DNA of 64,000 nucleotides from positions 235,540,001 through 235,604,000 of the forward strand of contig NC_058368.1 in NCBI RefSeq assembly GCF_018350175.1. Reading direction: 5' to 3'. Position numbers and translations under genes: made by a program. Positions 25,972-38,997 of the stretch are shown piece by piece. The first letter of the stretch is position 1. The number at the start of each line of letters is the position of its first letter. This DNA comes from Felis catus (lineage: Eukaryota). The notes below the pieces were generated by a model. It saw nothing but the letters and a program-made list of their open reading frames with translations, had not been told where the DNA came from and made no database searches.

Positions 25972-26391
25972 CTGGAAACAGAGAGGAAGAAAGAAAGGGC
26001 GGTTACACCTCCTGACCAGACGACGTCCGGGATGCCAGCATCACTTCTGTCTCATTCCTTCCCAAGCACCTGTTCCTCCCCCGTGGCTGAGGGCGAGGAC
26101 GGGAAAGACCCTGAACTCTTCCCATCTGCATCCTCGTACAAGCTCCACGACGTGACTCCAGGAACACAGGGGGCTCCCAGCGCACGAACGGGGGTTCCTT
26201 TAACCCAGATCATGGAGGAGAGAGCTCACGTGCACAACACAGACTCAGATGTGAGTGTGGGTGCGGGGGGAGGGGAGGGTCCCACACAAGATCAAATTGC
26301 AAGCCTAACAGTCATTTGCAGAACTCCTTTCAAACTTGACTGTGATGTGACATTGGTGTAGAAGTGTGCAATTTAAAATTAATCCAGAAGA

Positions 26392-26603
26392 GGGGCGCCT
26401 GGGGGGCTCAGCCGGTTAAGCATCCGACTTTGGCTCAGGTCATGATCTCACAGTTCATGGGTTCGAACCCCGCATCGGGCTCTGTGCTGACGGCTCGGAG
26501 CCTGGGGCCTGCTTCAGATTCTGGGTCTCCCTCTCTCTCTCCCCCCCTCCCCCACTCATGCCCTGTTTCTGTCTCTCAAATAAACATAAAAAAAATTTTT
26601 TTT
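26392..26603 (+). mobile_element. Can-SINE
   Basis: Full length; TSD aattaatccaga. Confidence 0.95.
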
Positions 26604-26819
26604 AATTAATCCAGAGGAAAGCACAAGACAATTTACTTAGGGTAGCAGGAAGGCCTTTCTAAGCAAGGTATTACGGAAATAGGAAAAATCTAACTCATAA
26701 AAACACTAAAAGACATCTGTAGAGCAAAAGTAGTGTTCAAAAACACTAAAAGTATTCTAAAGGAGGCAAAATTGAGGGACTGCTTTTTACCTTTTAGAGT
26801 GACAAATATTTTTTAAAAA

Positions 26820-26874
26820 TTTTTTAATGTTTGTATTTATTTTTGAAGGAGAGACAGAGCATGAGCAGGGGAGG

Positions 26875-26914
<40 letters not shown>

Positions 26915-27040
26915 CTAAAGCAGGTTCCAGGCTCCGAGCTTTTCAGCACAGAGCCCAATGCGGGCTTGAACTCACGAACTGTGAGATCATGACCTGAGCC
27001 GAACTCGGATGCTTAACCGACTGAGCAACCCAGGCGCCCC
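26820..27040 (-). mobile_element. Can-SINE
   Basis: Reverse-complement SINE; TSD agtgaca(a/g)atattttt. Confidence 0.95.
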
Positions 27041-27366
27041 TACAGTGACAGATATTTTTAAAACCTGATAATAACAAGTGCCGGAGAATCCATGGCAAAG
27101 TGTGGTTCTGGAAAAGTGGTCACTGGGGCGGAGCCGGGAGGCGGCTGCCGTGGTTTCCTGCTACGTCCACCAGCACTGAAAATGTGCCATCAGGTCTAAG
27201 GAGTTAGCCTTTTGGAATTCTTCTCAATGCTTTGTATAGGCACTTCCCCAACACGGACCAATATATATGACCGTATAAGTGCAGCATTGTGTGTAAGAGC
27301 ACAAAACAGAAAATAATAAAAATAAATCATTTAAAGGCTTACCAATTAATTCGGGGTAATGTTTTT

Positions 27367-27627
27367 ATTTTTTTATTTAAAAAAAATTTTTTTTAATTTT
27401 TGTATTTTATTTAAAAAATTTTTTAACATTTATTTATTTTTGAGGCAGAGAGAGTCAGAGCATGAACAGGGGAGGGGCAGAGAGAGAGGGAGACACAGAA
27501 TCTGAAACAGGCTCCAGGCTCTGAGCTGTCAGCACAGAGCCCGACGCGGGGCTTGAACTCACAGACCGTGAGATCATGACCTGAGCCGAAGTCGGACGCT
27601 TAACCGACCAAGCCACCCAGGTGCCCC
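27367..27627 (-). mobile_element. Can-SINE with a long composite A/T tail
   Basis: TSD tc(g/a)gggtaatgttttt. Confidence 0.95.
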
Positions 27628-27794
27628 TCAGGGTAATGTTTTTAAAGTATATTTGTATATTTGAAGAGAACAGAAGATTAAAAAAAGATCAGATAATTAT
27701 GTGCTGATGATAATCATAATTATTATACATAATTAAACATTTTTTCTCAAGTTCCTGAGACTGTGGATAACATCTGTATAATACCTTATCGAAA

Positions 27795-28007
27795 TTTTTT
27801 TACGTTTACTTATTTATTTTGAGAGAGAGAGAGTGAGTGCACAAAAGCCGGGGAGGGACAGAGAGAGAAGGAGGGAGAGAATCCGAAGCAGGCTCCACGC
27901 TGTCAGCACAGAGCCCAATGTGGGGCTCGATCCCACGAACTGTGAGATCATGACCTGAGCCGAAATCAAGAGTCGAACACTTAAAGGACTGAGCCACTCA
28001 GGCGCCC
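27795..28007 (-). mobile_element. Can-SINE
   Basis: Reverse-complement SINE ending gagccactcaggcgccc. Confidence 0.93.
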
Positions 28008-30569
28008 TTATGATGCCTTATTTACATCACTGACTGCAATTCTGTGTTAGGGGTATCGTATTACTCTCTTCTCAAGGGTGAGGACAGAGAACTACAGTGG
28101 TTCACTTCTGTTTCCAAGGCAACCCGGCTAGGAAATAGAGTTGGGATTTGAGCAAAATCAGAGTCAGTTCAGAACCTGCGCTTCGACGGTTTATACTTCA
28201 AGGGTTTCCAAAAAGGATTAAATTTATACAGTGTATAATAGATGCTGCGATCCCAAGCACGTCCATTTTAAAAAGCATGGTCTGCATGTAGAGAACCTCC
28301 CTGGAAGAAGTGAGAGCCATCGCGGGTGGCCGTGGGCGGCTGTCTTTGGGGAGAAGACTGCAGGAGGGACCCTGCTTGCATCTTCGTATCTTTCTGCACC
28401 ACTCAAGTTTTTAGAATCCGTGTGTTTTCTTACATAAGTAATGTCAGTGGCACTGCTGGATTATGGGGTTAGAGACAATTTTTTGCACCCCTTATAAATG
28501 TTATTCAATATCGCCCTGATTTGAGAAGACGATGAATTGTCTCTGCAGAACTGTCCAGCTGTCACTTAGAACTCTCTGATGCTAAACCACCAGCCTTACA
28601 ATCGGGCCGATTTTTCCCAAAGTCACTTTGATAATTTCCTACACCGAGCTGGACACTGATTAGGTACTCAGAGAGGTTGATGCACGCGTCCCTGTTCTCA
28701 GTGTGCCTCTGATTTAGGAGCCCGAGGCTGAATCTCATTTAGGGGGGGTTGCTGTGCGAGTCTGGAAGTCTGCAGACTGTGGGATGACAGGTGGGGGTGG
28801 GGGGCAGGAGCACTTCTTAGATCTTGGGTAAAGGGACAGACGGGACTCTAGGGAACAGTCGGGTTGGGGGTGGGAGAGAAAAAGGAGAGACCAGCTGATT
28901 GGACATTCAGAGATTAAGCGTTGGCCCTAGAGTTCCTGCTGGTGGGGGAGAGGGTACACTGGGTGAATTATCAAGGAAGCCATCAGCACCGTAGGGGGTA
29001 GACCCCCAGGTCCAGGTACCACCTGTCAGTGGAAAGGTAAAATGCCTGGAATTTTTGTCCTGCATCACAAGGGGGAGGCACCTCTCCCGCAGGGCTCTCT
29101 GGGAACGACCTGGGAATCTCTGTGTCCTCTAGACCTCCACCTGCTGAAGTTCACAGTTCTATCAAGGAATAGACAAACGTGGAACTGCAGAACAGCCAAG
29201 GCCCGTGGGCTTACATCGCGTTTGCATTTAAATTAAACCCGGACCAGCAGGAGGAATCGGCATGTGCTCAACACGACCCAACGGTTCTTCCACACTTTAG
29301 AAGGTAACCAGTTCATGTATTAAACTTAAAAAAAAAAAAAAGAATGCAGTTTTCATCTTAAAGAAACCTTCTCTGATATGTGAACTGCTCCTTGTCTTTC
29401 TAATCACCCCTCAGAGACCATCAGCTCCTGGAGAATGCGCAGTAGGTGTCCCTGGAGCCCCAGCTGAGTGCCACACCCTGGCATTCACCATCCACGGCAA
29501 TAATGCGACCTGTGTGACTTCCGATGGTTTACTCAGCCTCTCTGTGCTGCGTTGTCGTCTAGGAAGTGGGGATCGGGCTAGCTGCCTGCCAGGACTTCGT
29601 AGCTCACCAATTAATCTCTTTTAAACACATGACGCACAGAAAAGACGCAAAACAAGATGTGCTGAGTTAATGAAGCAAAGAATGTAAAATACGCTTCACC
29701 TCTGATGCTGATTCTTTTCTGATGACTCAGGGGGCTCTCTGGGGGGATTTTCACCATACAGCACAAGACCCCCCCCCCCGATACCCAAATGCCCCTGCAC
29801 CCCAACTCCACCATGGCCCCAAACACATCTGTGCTCTGGCCTGCTGTCTTACTTTTTCTTCTTCTGGCTTCCGCATCTAAACCCTGTGTTCTCCGACAGC
29901 TGTTCGGGCTCAAAAACCACTCCTGCTCCCCCCGCTCGCCCAGTTCAAGACGCCGCTGTGGGTGCCCGAGGCTGAGAACACCAGATCCTTGGGCAGCGGT
30001 GACCTCCTGCAGCTGGAGGGTCTTCTTAACTTTCATTAGCAAAGTAGTCAACCCCAGTTTCGTTAAATACAGAGAATATGAGGGCTGATAAGGCCGATGT
30101 TTTGATGTCCCTGATAATCCACAGACGCTGAAACGCACAGAAAAACCAACCCCTTTGTCTTGCTTCAGCATTAGTTTGCAAGCTTACCGAAGAGGTTAGA
30201 TAAGCCATGGAAGATGAATGTTTTCTTGCGAAAGCTGTTCTTTATTGACCCAAGGATATTCATTTGGAAACTCATCTGATGTCTATGGTACACCTGCCCA
30301 CAGTAACCAGCTGTGGATTATGAACCAAGCTTTCAGAAAGAGGCCAGTGGGCTCCTCACTGTGCCAAGGAGCTCTCCCGGGGCCCGTCTCTCTCCTGGCC
30401 AGCTCCGTAAATCCTTTTACGCTGGGAAGTTCACCTAACGCTCACACTGCACTTGCACGGACGGAAAGAGTATGTGCTCTGTTGGTACTCAGAAAATGCT
30501 GTTTCTCACTCAGCACTGTCTGTGAAGGAAACGCTGAAGTTCCAAAGTCAGATATGGTGTGAGGGTCGC

Positions 30570-30770
30570 TTTTTTAACTTTTTTAATAATTTGTTTTTGA
30601 TAGAGACAGAGTGCAAGTGGAGGAGGGGCAGAGAGTGACAAGAGACAGAATCCGAAGCAGGCTCCAGGCTATCAGCACAGAGCCCGATGCCAGGCTCGAA
30701 ATCACGGACCGGGAGATTCTGACCTGAGCCGAAGTCAGATGCTCAACCGACTGAGCCACCCGGGTGCCCC
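30570..30770 (-). mobile_element. Can-SINE
   Basis: Reverse-complement SINE ending gccacccgggtgcccc. Confidence 0.93.
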
Positions 30771-31193
30771 TGTGTGAGTCCGTTGTATCCACAACTGAAA
30801 CTTGTTGGATCTCTGCAGACAAATAAATTAAACAGAATATGCATCCACAATTACATGAAAACATAGCTGACATTAGAGGAAGTTTTTCAGAGAGTAGGAA
30901 GAAAGGGAATCATTCAATAAACAATCTTGAGAAAACTGGTCAGCTCTTTGGAAAAAATAAATCTAGATTTCTTCTTTCTCCCTTATTCACCAAAATACAG
31001 GTCAGGTGCAGCAAAGAATGATAAAAAGTAAAAAAGATGAAATAAAATATATATATTTGTAATTCTGGTATAGACACTTGTAACCGGGAAACAAAATCAG
31101 GAAGCCGCAGAGAAATGGATCGATAAATTTGGGTAAATTCAATGTTTGGGTGTGGTGAAAAATACCATCAAGTCGAATGACAAGTTATCAGGA

Positions 31194-31271
31194 ATTTTTT
31201 TTTTATGTTTCTCCATTTATTTTGAGAGAGAGCATGCGAGCATGCGAGCAGGGGAGAGGGGCAGAGGGAGA

Positions 31272-31313
<42 letters not shown>

Positions 31314-31435
31314 CCCAAACAGGCCCCACACTCAGCAGGGAGCCTGACGTGGGCCCGATTCCAAGACCGTGAGATCATGACCTGAGCCGAAATCAAGAGC
31401 CGGATGCTCAACCAGCTGAGCCACCCAGGCGCCCC
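31194..31435 (-). mobile_element. Can-SINE with (GA)n
   Basis: Reverse-complement SINE ending ccacccaggcgcccc. Confidence 0.93.
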
Positions 31436-31824
31436 ACTCAGTGGGAATTCTTGAATGCCTACGACAAAAACTATGATCCTTAAAAACAATCCATAAACAC
31501 CAACAATGAAGAAGTAATACAACTTCAAAAAAGGAATGGAAAAGAAACAAAAGAAGACAAAAAAGAAGAAAAGAGATTCACAGATAGGGAGAGAGTTATT
31601 AAAAAAAAGGGGGTTTGATCCTACTTCCTTCCAATTTTAGCAAGAAGACAAAAATCACAACGAGGTGCACTTTCTCATCTGTCCTACCTGCAGGTGGAAA
31701 GTCAGCGTATACCCTGTCATGGTCAAGATGTGAGGAAGATTAGTAAATTGGTAAAGTACTTTTGGAAAGAATTGACATTGTCTCAGAAATGTACATGCAT
31801 GTACTTTCAACCTAATAAATCTGC

Positions 31825-31895
31825 AGTTACCTATGAAAATTCTAACACACGTATCGCAAAGTTACCCTATGAAAATTCTAACACACGTATCGCAA
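31825..31895. repeat. 35/36-bp tandem duplication
   Basis: agttac(c)ctatgaaaattctaacacacgtatcgcaa occurs twice. Confidence 0.95.
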
Positions 31896-32177
31896 GATGC
31901 GTAAAAGGATGTAGATCATAGTAAAAATAAATACGACAGCCCCCGAAATGAGAGATACTTGAAATGCCCCCCGATGACAGGTTATATAAATGAGCGTGTA
32001 TGTATTAGAGAACAAAGTCAACATTTGAAAGAACTAGATAGTTACCGATAGAGAATTATACCCAAATTTACTTAGTGAGAAAACTAAAGTAAAGAACTAT
32101 AGTGATATTACTATATACTTGCTTTAAATAAGAATAAAAAACTTGTATATCAATGCACATATTTATAAAAGCTGTCC

Positions 32178-32635
32178 ACAAAATGGAATATTACTTGGCT
32201 ATAAACAAGAATGAAATCTCGCCATTTGCAACATGGACGGATTCAGAAGTAAATTATGCTGAATGAAAGGAGGAAGACGTAGAAAAACAAACACCATACG
32301 ACTTCACTCACGTGGAATCTAAAAAACAAAACGAGCAGTTGAAAAGGCAGAAACAGACCCAGAAATACACACATCACGCGGATGGCTGCCCGAGGGGCAG
32401 GGACTGGGGGATGGGCAGAGTGGGTGAAGGGGAGAGGGAGGCACAGGCTTCCAGTTAGGGAAGGAATAAGTCACAGGGATGGAAGGCACAGCATAGGGAA
32501 CACGGCCAATGGTCATGTAATAGCGGTGTCTGGTGACAGGTGTCACTTGTGAACATGGCGTAAGGTCAAATCACTACACGGTACAGCTGACACTAACATA
32601 ACATCGTGTGTCGACATACTTCGGTAAATAATTCA
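32178..32635 (+). mobile_element. L1 3' end fragment (L1MA9-like)
   Basis: aatggaatattacttggctataaacaagaatgaaatctcgccatttgcaacatgg... through aggcacaggcttccagtta...aataagtcacagggatg. Confidence 0.8.
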
Positions 32636-32705
32636 GTTCAATGAAAATCAAACTTGAAATAGAAGCTGCCCGGAAAAGTTGCATGAATCAAAAAATCAAA
32701 CGGAA

Positions 32706-32922
32706 GGGCACCCGGGTGGCTCAGTCGGTTAAGCGTCCGACTCTTGGTGTCGGCTCAGGTCACGATCTCACGGTTCGTGAGTTCGAGCCCCGCACCTGGC
32801 TCTGGACTGGCAGCAGGGAGCCTGCTTGGGATTCTCCGTCTCCCTCTCTCTCTGCCCCTCCCCTGCCTGCACTGTTTCTGTCTCTCTCAACATAAAATAA
32901 AGAAGCTTAAAAAATTAAAAAC
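32706..32922 (+). mobile_element. Can-SINE
   Basis: Full length; TSD aaatcaaacggaa. Confidence 0.95.
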
Positions 32923-33890
32923 AAATCAAACGGAAATTAGGAAGAGAGGTATAAATGTCCGAGCGCTGAGGCTGTGTCCCCTGCCGCGTAACGGATCCCC
33001 ACCGAACTGGTTCCACACTTGCCTCAGGTGAACCCAGGACCCTTTGCAAGAGGGCTCACCATCAACCAACAGGCAGACGTGTGATTTGGCTCATGAGGAG
33101 AAACAGGCATTTCATTTCCCAACTGATTTAATTTTATCCTCCTCTGTGTTTTTGTTTTTGTTTTTCCAAAAGCATCATTTGCTCGAGGAATATTCTGCTC
33201 ATTCTAGTCTTCTCGGTGATGTTTCAGAAACACACGACAATTGCAACTTTTCTAGAACTTTTATAGAAGTTGCATTCTGCTTTGTATTCCCTTAGGAACC
33301 TCAGGATCTAAGCAGAACCTGCCCCAACCCAGTCCACCCCTGGCCATGCCCGAGCCCACAGGAAGTCTCGCTGCGTGATTATGTGTGATGCTGTGAAAAT
33401 CAAAATTCTCCCAGAATCTTCTAAAAGGCCAAACAAACCAAGAGGCTCTTTCTCCAGGAGATCTTCCATCTGCTTCTTTTTACCCCATCACTGCTACACC
33501 TGGCTGGGCCCTGGGCCTCCTCAACCCACCCGCCTGCAAGGACAATGGGGTTGACGCGCTGGTCATAGGAATCACCCATCATCCTAAACCCACGTAAGTC
33601 CAGGCCTCAACATGCTGTTTGCTTGGTTGTAAAACTGGTCCCTGGTGGCCTTCGTATTGCTCACCTGTCGTTTCAAAAGCCTAACATTTTGACCCCTGGC
33701 AGTTCGCAAAGGTTAAAGCTAGATGCCCGCATCTTGTCAGTTTTGCTGTGATTCAGTCATCATAATCCACCAAGAGGCCTGAGCCTAAACCCCAGTTCCT
33801 ACCACAGTGCCATCAGATCACATCCGTGTCCCCTGAGCACTCGCCGTCAGTGCATGGGAAGAAGGGAGAGGCTGTGGAAGTCATCAGCTG

Positions 33891-34274
33891 CAGGCTGACT
33901 GGGGTGGACTGGGCACTGACTGGACAATGACTGGCGGCTGATGAAGGCTGACTAGAGTTTGACTGGAGGCCAAGTGGAGGCTGACTGGAGGTTGACTAGA
34001 AGCTGAGTGGAGGGTAAATGAAGGCTGACTAGAGGTTGACTGGAGGCTGAGTGGAGGCTGTGGAGGCTGACTGGAGGCTGAGTGGAAGCTGAGTGGGGGC
34101 TGACTGGAGGTTGACAGGAGGCTGACAGATGTTGACTGAAGGTTGACATGAGACTGATGGTGGCTAAGTGAAGGCAGTCTAAAGGCTGGTGGAGGCTAAG
34201 TGGAGGCTGACTGGATGTTGACCAGAAGCGGACTGAAGGTTGGAGACTGATGGAGGCTGACTGGAGAACGACTG
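33891..34274. repeat. Degenerate 11-bp minisatellite, consensus about GACTGGAGGCT
   Basis: Roughly 30-35 diverged units, for example gactggaggct, gagtggaggct and gactagaggtt. Confidence 0.9.
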
Positions 34275-34598
34275 AATTAGGCACAGAAGGGTGGTCTTTT
34301 AAGCAGGAGACTTTTTCCACGCCTTCCCCCATTTGCATGATGCAAACAAATTTATCCTTGGTCGAATTCGCTTTGGATTTGGGGACCCGGACAAATTGGG
34401 CCAGTGTGAAAACCAGCGGAGCAGAACAAGTGCAGCTTGGGTAATGCGCCAACCATCTACACCCCCCGCACACCAACACGGAAAGGGCACGCTCCACCGC
34501 AAGCTTGTGCCATTAGCCAATCAGGCTTTGGGTGGATTTTACAGCAGGAGGAAGCAGGGCTGTGATTTCAGAGGGCGATTTAAGAATGCACTGTGATT

Positions 34599-34818
34599 GG
34601 GGCGCCTGGGTGGCTCAGTCGGTTAAGCGTCCGACTTCGGCTCAGGTCACGATCTCGCGGTCCGTGAGTTCGAGCCCCGCGTCGGGCTCTGGGCTGACGG
34701 CTCAGAGCCTGGAGCCTGTTTCGGATTCTGTGTCTCCCTCTCTCTCTGACCCTCCCCCATTCATGCTCTGTCTCTCTCTGTCTCAAAAATAAATAAATGT
34801 TAAAAAAATTTAAAAAAA
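34599..34818 (+). mobile_element. Young felid-type Can-SINE
   Basis: CpG-rich; perfect 17-bp TSD aagaatgcactgtgatt. Confidence 0.95.
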
Positions 34819-35835
34819 AAGAATGCACTGTGATTATCCTGGCTGTTCCAAATGATCAAGGACAATGAATATATTTAAGGCCCTTCCCGAGTCTCGTTGC
34901 CTGTCCACTACTAGCATCAGAAGCTGTCTTTGTTTTGAAACTTCCTCACTGAAGCTTTAAGGGGTCAACACTGTGAGTGCCCTTGTCCTTAAAATCTGAA
35001 GAATGCTCATATTTTTTGTCTTTTATACTGATTTTAACTCACTCAAACATTAAGCTACCAATATTTCCTGCCCTGCTACATAACGGAATGTTAGTAGTGA
35101 CATAACGTATGGTTAGAGCCCAGATGGAAATGATATTTGTTCTCCCAGGAGACGCCTGCTTGACGACTGAACCAGGAGTGTTGGTGGTAAAAGCTTCTCG
35201 CCCACTCATGGTTTCTTCAGTGGGGCGGGACCCGGGAGCACAGAATCCTGCCCCTCACCTGCTCCCCTCCGGGGAGGGAATAACTTGTCTGTGAGTCTGG
35301 GCTCAGAAGCGGGCGTGCACGGTACAGCCCTCCCACTCAGGACGCCGAACACCCCTGGAAGCTCCTGTCCTCGTGGGTCTTGGTCACAGCATGCGCTTAG
35401 CTGCCAGGTGGGTGGCTCCCCTGGTGGGTAACTCTCAGGGGTCCAGCATCTCTTGCAACGCAGTGCCTGGGTCCAAGTTGGGGTCCACTTTTAGGACAAC
35501 CACTCACCTGCACAGATCTTCCCCTGTCTCCAGAACTGATGTTATCAGTGGTTTTAAAAAGGATACATAGGTCTATTCTTTTGAGTTATTCTTGTTGTTC
35601 GTATCTTACAATGCATTCGGAATACAGAACGTAGGGAAAAGGGAAAAGTGACAGGAAGAGCTAAGGAAACACAGAGGCATGTATTGGGTCACTTCAAAAC
35701 CCAATATACTTTATTAGCTCACAGGTGGCTTATTAATTAGCAGAGCATTTACTAGGTATACTACTATGCACATAAACACCTATGAAATAATAATTGCTTT
35801 GTCTTGGGTTCCACCTATGTGGTAAGTAATGTGCT

Positions 35836-36027
35836 GTATGTATGTATGTATGTATGTATTTATGGTCCAAGGGCGAGGGAGCAGCAGAGGGACAGAGAGA
35901 GAATTCCAAGCACGATCCACGCTCAGCATGGAGCCTGATGTGGGGCTCAATCCTATGACCCTGGGATCACGATCTGAGCCAAAAGCAAGAGTCAGGTGCT
36001 CAAGTGACCGAACCATCCAGATGCCCC
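35836..36027 (-). mobile_element. Older Can-SINE with a (TATG)n tail
   Basis: Diverged reverse-complement SINE (gacctgggatc-type body) ending ccagatgcccc. Confidence 0.85.
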
Positions 36028-36309
36028 TGTTTTGCTCTATTTATTATTCCTATTCCAGTAGCTGACGTATAAAATGAGAATTAATATTCCCATTTAAAGG
36101 AAAGGGACACTAAAATTTAAAAAAAAAAAAAAGTTGTTCAACATTGTAGACCTAGTAAATGGACGAGCTAAGATTAAAATCCAGGCTAAATGACTCCAAT
36201 ATCTATGTCCTCACCAGCACATCAGGGCTTCCTCTCTACCACCACCATTAGGTCTATTCTTTGGGGGGGGGGGGGCGTACGTAGTATGGCCCCTGGAGAG
36301 TAACACCAG

Positions 36310-37620
36310 TGATGGTGGTAGTTGAGAGTGAACTTGGATTCGTTGTAAATGTATATTACAAACTCTAGAACCACAACTAAAACATGCAAAAAAAAAAAAC
36401 CCAGAAATACAAGTTCGATGCTAAAAAGGATAGAAAACAGAATCCTATAGCATGCTCATTTAAAACCACAAGAGGCAGAAAAAGAGTGGAAGACAAAAAT
36501 AGGAACAAAGAACAAGGGCAACAAGTAGAAAACTGTAACAAATAGAGTAGGTATTAATCCAACTACATCAGTAATCACTTTGAGTGTCAATGCTCTAAAC
36601 AAACTAATGAAAAGGCAGAGATTGTCAGGATGCATCGAAACACAAGACTCAACTGTACATTGTCTACAAGAAATCCACTTTACATCTAACACACATATAG
36701 ATTAAAACTAAATAGATGGAAAAATATACCATGCTAATAGTAATCAAAAGGAAGCAGGAATAGCTATGTTACTTTCCGACAGAACAGACTTCAAAGTGAA
36801 TTTATCAGGGATAGGACCATACATAATGATAAAGGGGTCAGCTCTCTGAGAAGACCTAACAATTCTTAACATGTATGCCCCTGATAACAGAGCACCAAAC
36901 TACATAGGACAAAAACTGATAGAACTGCAGAGAGAAACAGATGAACACACTCTCATGGTTGGAGATTCCAGCACCCTCTCCCAGAAATGGAGAGACCCAG
37001 CAGGCAGAAAATCAGTAAGGACATAGTGAACTCTGCAACACCATCCATCAACTGGATGTAAGACCTCCTTAGACGACTTCATCCAACAACAGCAGAAAAT
37101 ACACTGTTTCCAAGCGCACACGGAATACTCGCCAAGACCGACCACATTCTGAGCCACAACGCATATTTTAAAATATTTAGAAGATTAAAAATCATACAGT
37201 GTCCACTCTCAGACCACAAGAGAATTAACATAGAAATCAATAACAAGAAGATAAGTGGAAAATCTCAAACTATGTGATGATGAAACAACACACTTGTAAA
37301 TAACACACAGATCAAAGAGGAAATTCAAGACAACTTTCTGAACTAAATTAAAATGAAAACACAATGTATCCAAATTTATAAGATGCAAGGAAAGCAGTGC
37401 TGAGACGGAAATCTCTAGTCTTGAAAGCATGTATTAGAAAAGACGAAAGATCTAAAATCAATGACCTAAATTTTCACCTTAGGAAACAAGAAAAATAAAA
37501 CCAAATAAAACCCAAAGGAAGAAGAAGAAAATAAATAGTAAGAATTAGAGCAGAAGTCAATGAAATTGAAAACTGGAAATCAACAGAGATTATCAAAGAA
37601 TCCAAACCCTGGTTCTGTAA
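36310..37620 (+). mobile_element. Decayed L1 segment including the ORF2 endonuclease domain
   Basis: Degenerate endonuclease motifs: ITLxVNxLN (36573), HYIMIKG-like (about 36820), NxYAP (36868), GDxxT (36961), SDH (about 37208). Multiple stops and frameshifts. Confidence 0.85.
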
Positions 37621-38122
37621 AAAATGGTGAGAGGCACTCATGCGGCACTTAGAGAAATTCCACATCCTGAATGCTTTCCTTCTAAATAAAGATTGAGCAA
37701 CCCAAGCACTCGCTCAAAAAGTGTTTTAAAACACAATTAATGGCCATGTGGAAACCAGAAAGGCTAATTAAAAATAAGTAAATTCAGAGTATATGAATTA
37801 GCAAATAGACCGACATTGTGACGATCAAACCAAAGAAGTCTTAGTAAATCGAAGATCTGGTTTTTAGAACCAAATGAGCACACCTCAGGAAAATGCAACG
37901 AAGATGCAAAAGGTAAGGAATATAGATAATAAAATGGACTGTGGCACGTATTTATAATGGGGGATCAAACTTCTTTTGGAGATGAAATGTTATTGTAGCA
38001 TGTGTTCCCAGATTAGCGAATTTGTTGTTACTGCTTTTGTGTGTGCTGTTCAATTTTACGAGACCTTTCAGACCAATCTATTATAAGGGTATACGTCTCT
38101 GTTAGAGGGCAAGTCTATACAT

Positions 38123-38465
38123 GCACCGTCCACAATGGTGGCCCCTAAATTTTAATTAATGTAGAGTAAAATTAAAATTCCAGTTCTCCAATGGCTCAAG
38201 AGCCATATGTGGATATTCCAATTTAAATTTAAATTTTTCTTTTTTTTAACGTTTATTTATTTTTGAGACAGAGACAGAGCAAGAACGGGGGAGGGGCAGA
38301 GAGAGAGGGAGACACAGAATTGGAAGCAGGCTCCAGGCTCTGAGCCATCAGCCCAGAGCCTGATTCCAATTTAAATGTAAATAAAGTGAAGTCGTAGTTA
38401 TAAGTTTAATGTCGCAATGACTCAGTAGCCACGTGTGCCTAATGGCTACCATACTGGACAGCACA
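38123..38465. mobile_element. hAT-Charlie MITE remnant (MER3/MER33-like), interrupted by a SINE
   Basis: Ends caccgtcca... and ...tggacagcac; internal agccatatgtgg and agccacgtgtgcctaatggctaccatactggacagcac. Confidence 0.65.
38229..38362 (-). mobile_element. 5'-truncated felid SINE
   Basis: Only the 3' half is present; perfect TSD attccaatttaaat at 38215-38228 and 38363-38376. Confidence 0.93.
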
Positions 38466-38997
38466 GGTATTTCTATCATGGTAATAAAGTTTCACTGGAA
38501 AGTACTACTCTAAGGCAAATGGTGAAAAGCAAATCTTTGGGAGCTTACTTTTTAAGACTGATTTGCTAGATATATGAGAGGTTGCTACAGCATTTCTCTA
38601 CCATCATATATATCATACAGTTAGAAACAATCTTACAATTCACATCCACCAGCATCTCTATAAAAATGGCCCAGCCCAAATGTTCAAAACATATTATCTT
38701 AGATTGATTGCTCAGTAAGATTACTTTTGGCTGACAACAATAATATTTGAACAAGAACAGCTCAAACTTAAATCCTCAGATCCTGTTTCGGTACATTCCC
38801 AAGACACAAAGAAATATTTAAGCAAAGTTATTGAGTCAAGACATGGAACATACTGCTTCTACTTAATGTAACCAAAATACCATGGGTTGCACATTAGAAT
38901 AGATTCCTACAGAGCTGTATGACATTTAGACATGACTTCAATTCCACAGTGGAAGAAGTTCCCAGTCCTTCTCATCCAAGGACTCTGCAGTGTGTTC

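Noticed and set aside
25669..26361. 230-aa plus-strand ORF, the longest in the track
   Set aside because: Antisense shadow of the GC-rich exon 4 region. It has no recognisable domain, and long ORFs are expected where stop codons are rare.
33952..34497. 181-aa S/Q/P-rich ORF
   Set aside because: It is largely a translation of the 11-bp minisatellite.
36310..37620. Active or domesticated L1 endonuclease gene
   Set aside because: No plus-strand ORF of 60 aa or more appears in the track here; the motifs are broken by stops and frameshifts.
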